64,000 nt of DNA. It comes from Phycisphaerae bacterium (GTDB taxonomy: Bacteria; Planctomycetota; Phycisphaerae; UBA1845; Fen-1342). The notes beneath the pieces are model-generated. The model worked only from the letters and a program-made list of their open reading frames with translations, was not told the origin of the DNA and ran no database searches. Of this stretch, positions 62,332 to 64,000 are shown in pieces (the stretch's first letter is position 1; each line of letters opens with the position of its first letter). Location: assembly GCA_963675745.2 (NCBI GenBank), contig CAXXWX010000004.1, positions 32,001-96,000 of the forward strand, in the 5' to 3' direction. A program made the position numbers and the translations under genes.

Positions 62332-63402
62332 ATGACTGCCAAACCACAGGCCACCCCGCCCCGTGCAAGCGCGCCGGCCATCACGGTCGACACGCAACCC
62401 GATCGCGAAGCCCGCAATCCGTTCTTTCGCTGGTCCATGCATGTCGGTTTGCCGTTGGCCCTCGCGCTGGTGTTCCATGTGTCCGTGCTCGCCACCGCGG
62501 CCCTGGTGCGCTTTGCGGTGGTGACCACGCCCGCGATCGAGGTGGGCGAGTACGAGGCCAGCCTGCACGATGTGGACGTCTCGGGTGGTTTCACCTTCGA
62601 CGAGACTCCCACATTCGACACCAGCGAAGACATTCAATCGCTCGACGACCTCCAGTTTTCCGAGATCTCGCCGACCGACCTTACCATCGACGACGCCACC
62701 GATATCAGTGATTTTGGTAGCGGCGATTTCGGTTTGGGGTCCGGCGAAGGTGGGGGAATCCTCGGGCTCGGTGGCGGGGCCGGCGAGGCCGGCAGCGGCG
62801 GTCTCGGGAGTGGCCTCGGGCAACGCATGCGCATCGGGAGCGCCGGTGTCTGGAATCTCAACGTCGCCGCAAACCGGATCATCTACGTCGTCGACTTTTC
62901 CGGCTCAATCATCACTGTCGACGAGGATCTCAAACGCGAGCTCAAACGCTCTGTCGGCCGGCTGCGACCTTCGCAGTCGTTCAACGTGATCCTCTTCTAC
63001 GGCGAGCGCCGCGCGGTTGCCGACCCGTTCGCGCCGGCGCTGGTGCCGGCCAACGGTGAGAACAAGGCGCGCTTCATTGAGTGGATCAGAGCCAAGGCGC
63101 CCCAGGGGCGCACCGAGCCGCTCGCCGCCGTCGAGCGGGCCCTCAAGCAACAACCCGAGGCGATCTTCTTCTTTTCCGACGGTCGCTTTGAGTCGAGCGT
63201 CGTCGACGAGATCACCAGCCTCAACCAGCGCGCCAACGCCCAGATCGTGTGCCTGTTGTTCGACGAGGCCGTTTTTGAGGACACGAGCGGTTTGCCGCCC
63301 GGCATCAATGACCAGGCACAACGTCTGCGCAATCTGGCCGAGCAGAACAAGGGGCGCGGCAAGAAGGCGGCGTTCAAGATTGTGACGCTGAAAGATCTGT
63401 AA
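62332..63402 (+). CDS. Membrane-anchored vWA-domain protein
   Basis: TM with SxxxH-like ALVFHV; acidic and Gly-rich linker; MIDAS DFSGS...T...SDG. Confidence 0.85.
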   Translation: MTAKPQATPPRASAPAITVDTQPDREARNPFFRWSMHVGLPLALALVFHVSVLATAALVRFAVVTTPAIEVGEYEASLHDVDVSGGFTFDETPTFDTSEDIQSLDDLQFSEISPTDLTIDDATDISDFGSGDFGLGSGEGGGILGLGGGAGEAGSGGLGSGLGQRMRIGSAGVWNLNVAANRIIYVVDFSGSIITVDEDLKRELKRSVGRLRPSQSFNVILFYGERRAVADPFAPALVPANGENKARFIEWIRAKAPQGRTEPLAAVERALKQQPEAIFFFSDGRFESSVVDEITSLNQRANAQIVCLLFDEAVFEDTSGLPPGINDQAQRLRNLAEQNKGRGKKAAFKIVTLKDL

Positions 63403-63425
63403 CAGCACTTGCAGTGAGGAACCGC

Positions 63426-64000
63426 ATGAACGGTATGCAGCGTACCAGCGTGATCGTGACCATGGCCTTGGCGGGTGCTGTGCCGGCGCTGGCCCAGGAG
63501 GCCGCTGGCGACTCGAAATCGATCCTGGATATCATCTGGGATGGGATTGAGTGGCCAACCTATTTCATCGTGCTAGGGTCGATCGCATCCCTGACGCTGA
63601 TTGTCGAGCACTTTCTGAGTGTGCGTCGCGGCACGATTGCGCCCGCCGAGCAGGTCAAACAGGCCAAACAGCTCATCGAGACGCGCAACTTCCGCGAGTG
63701 CATGGACGGTCTCAAAAAGAGCAAGACATTCTTTGCGCGGGTGATGACCTCGGCGATGCAACACGCGCGCCATGGATTCGACGCGATGCACGAAGCCGCC
63801 ATCGAGAAGTCCGGCGAAATGGGCGGGGCGATGTTCCGCAAGGTCGAATACCTGAACATCATGGGTAATCTCGGCCCGCTGCTCGGCCTGCTGGGCACGG
63901 TGCTGGGCATGATTGAGGCCTTTGCCGCGATGGGCGAGGGTGGTGGCGGCAGCGACGCCGGCGGACTGGCCGGCGGGATCAGCAAGGCCCTGGTCAATAC
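63426..64000 (+). CDS. MotA/TolQ/ExbB proton channel family protein (partial, runs off the window edge)
   Basis: Manual translation: signal-like N-terminus; YLNIMGNLGPLLGLLGTVLGMIEAF...LAGGISKALVN. Confidence 0.9.
   Translation, partial: MNGMQRTSVIVTMALAGAVPALAQEAAGDSKSILDIIWDGIEWPTYFIVLGSIASLTLIVEHFLSVRRGTIAPAEQVKQAKQLIETRNFRECMDGLKKSKTFFARVMTSAMQHARHGFDAMHEAAIEKSGEMGGAMFRKVEYLNIMGNLGPLLGLLGTVLGMIEAFAAMGEGGGGSDAGGLAGGISKALVN

Overview
GC-rich bacterial chromosomal window, most likely a Planctomycetota (Phycisphaerae-like) genome. That assignment is an inference from the prepilin/H-X9-DG protein, dockerin-like C-termini, planctomycete-style Ser/Thr kinase and bacterial topoisomerase VI B. 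The first ~24 kb is rich in secreted or surface proteins: a beta-helix protein, a C25 gingipain-like protease, a PKD/HEXXH metalloprotease, a C10-like protein whose catalytic Cys appears replaced by Ser, and a flotillin/NfeD-like pair. The rest is mostly housekeeping (acnA, acpP, fabF, asnS, polyprenyl synthase, top6B, selD, rsmA, queG, pyk, acyP, gltX, yacG), interrupted by an AbiE type IV toxin-antitoxin islet and several REP-like palindromic elements. Signals the ORF track misses include an in-frame UGA (selenocysteine) in selD with a SECIS-like hairpin, a perfect 37-bp palindrome in front of abiEi, a candidate ECF-sigma-driven small RNA, an ACP-like gene relic bracketed by inverted GTAG-type REPs, a frameshifted asnS carrying a coiled-coil insertion, and a top6B with no top6A in the window. 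I recognised no tRNA, rRNA, convincing CRISPR array, transposase or reverse transcriptase. I cannot claim a single proven novel system; the best leads are scored in the findings. All family calls come from motifs read by eye, not from database searches.
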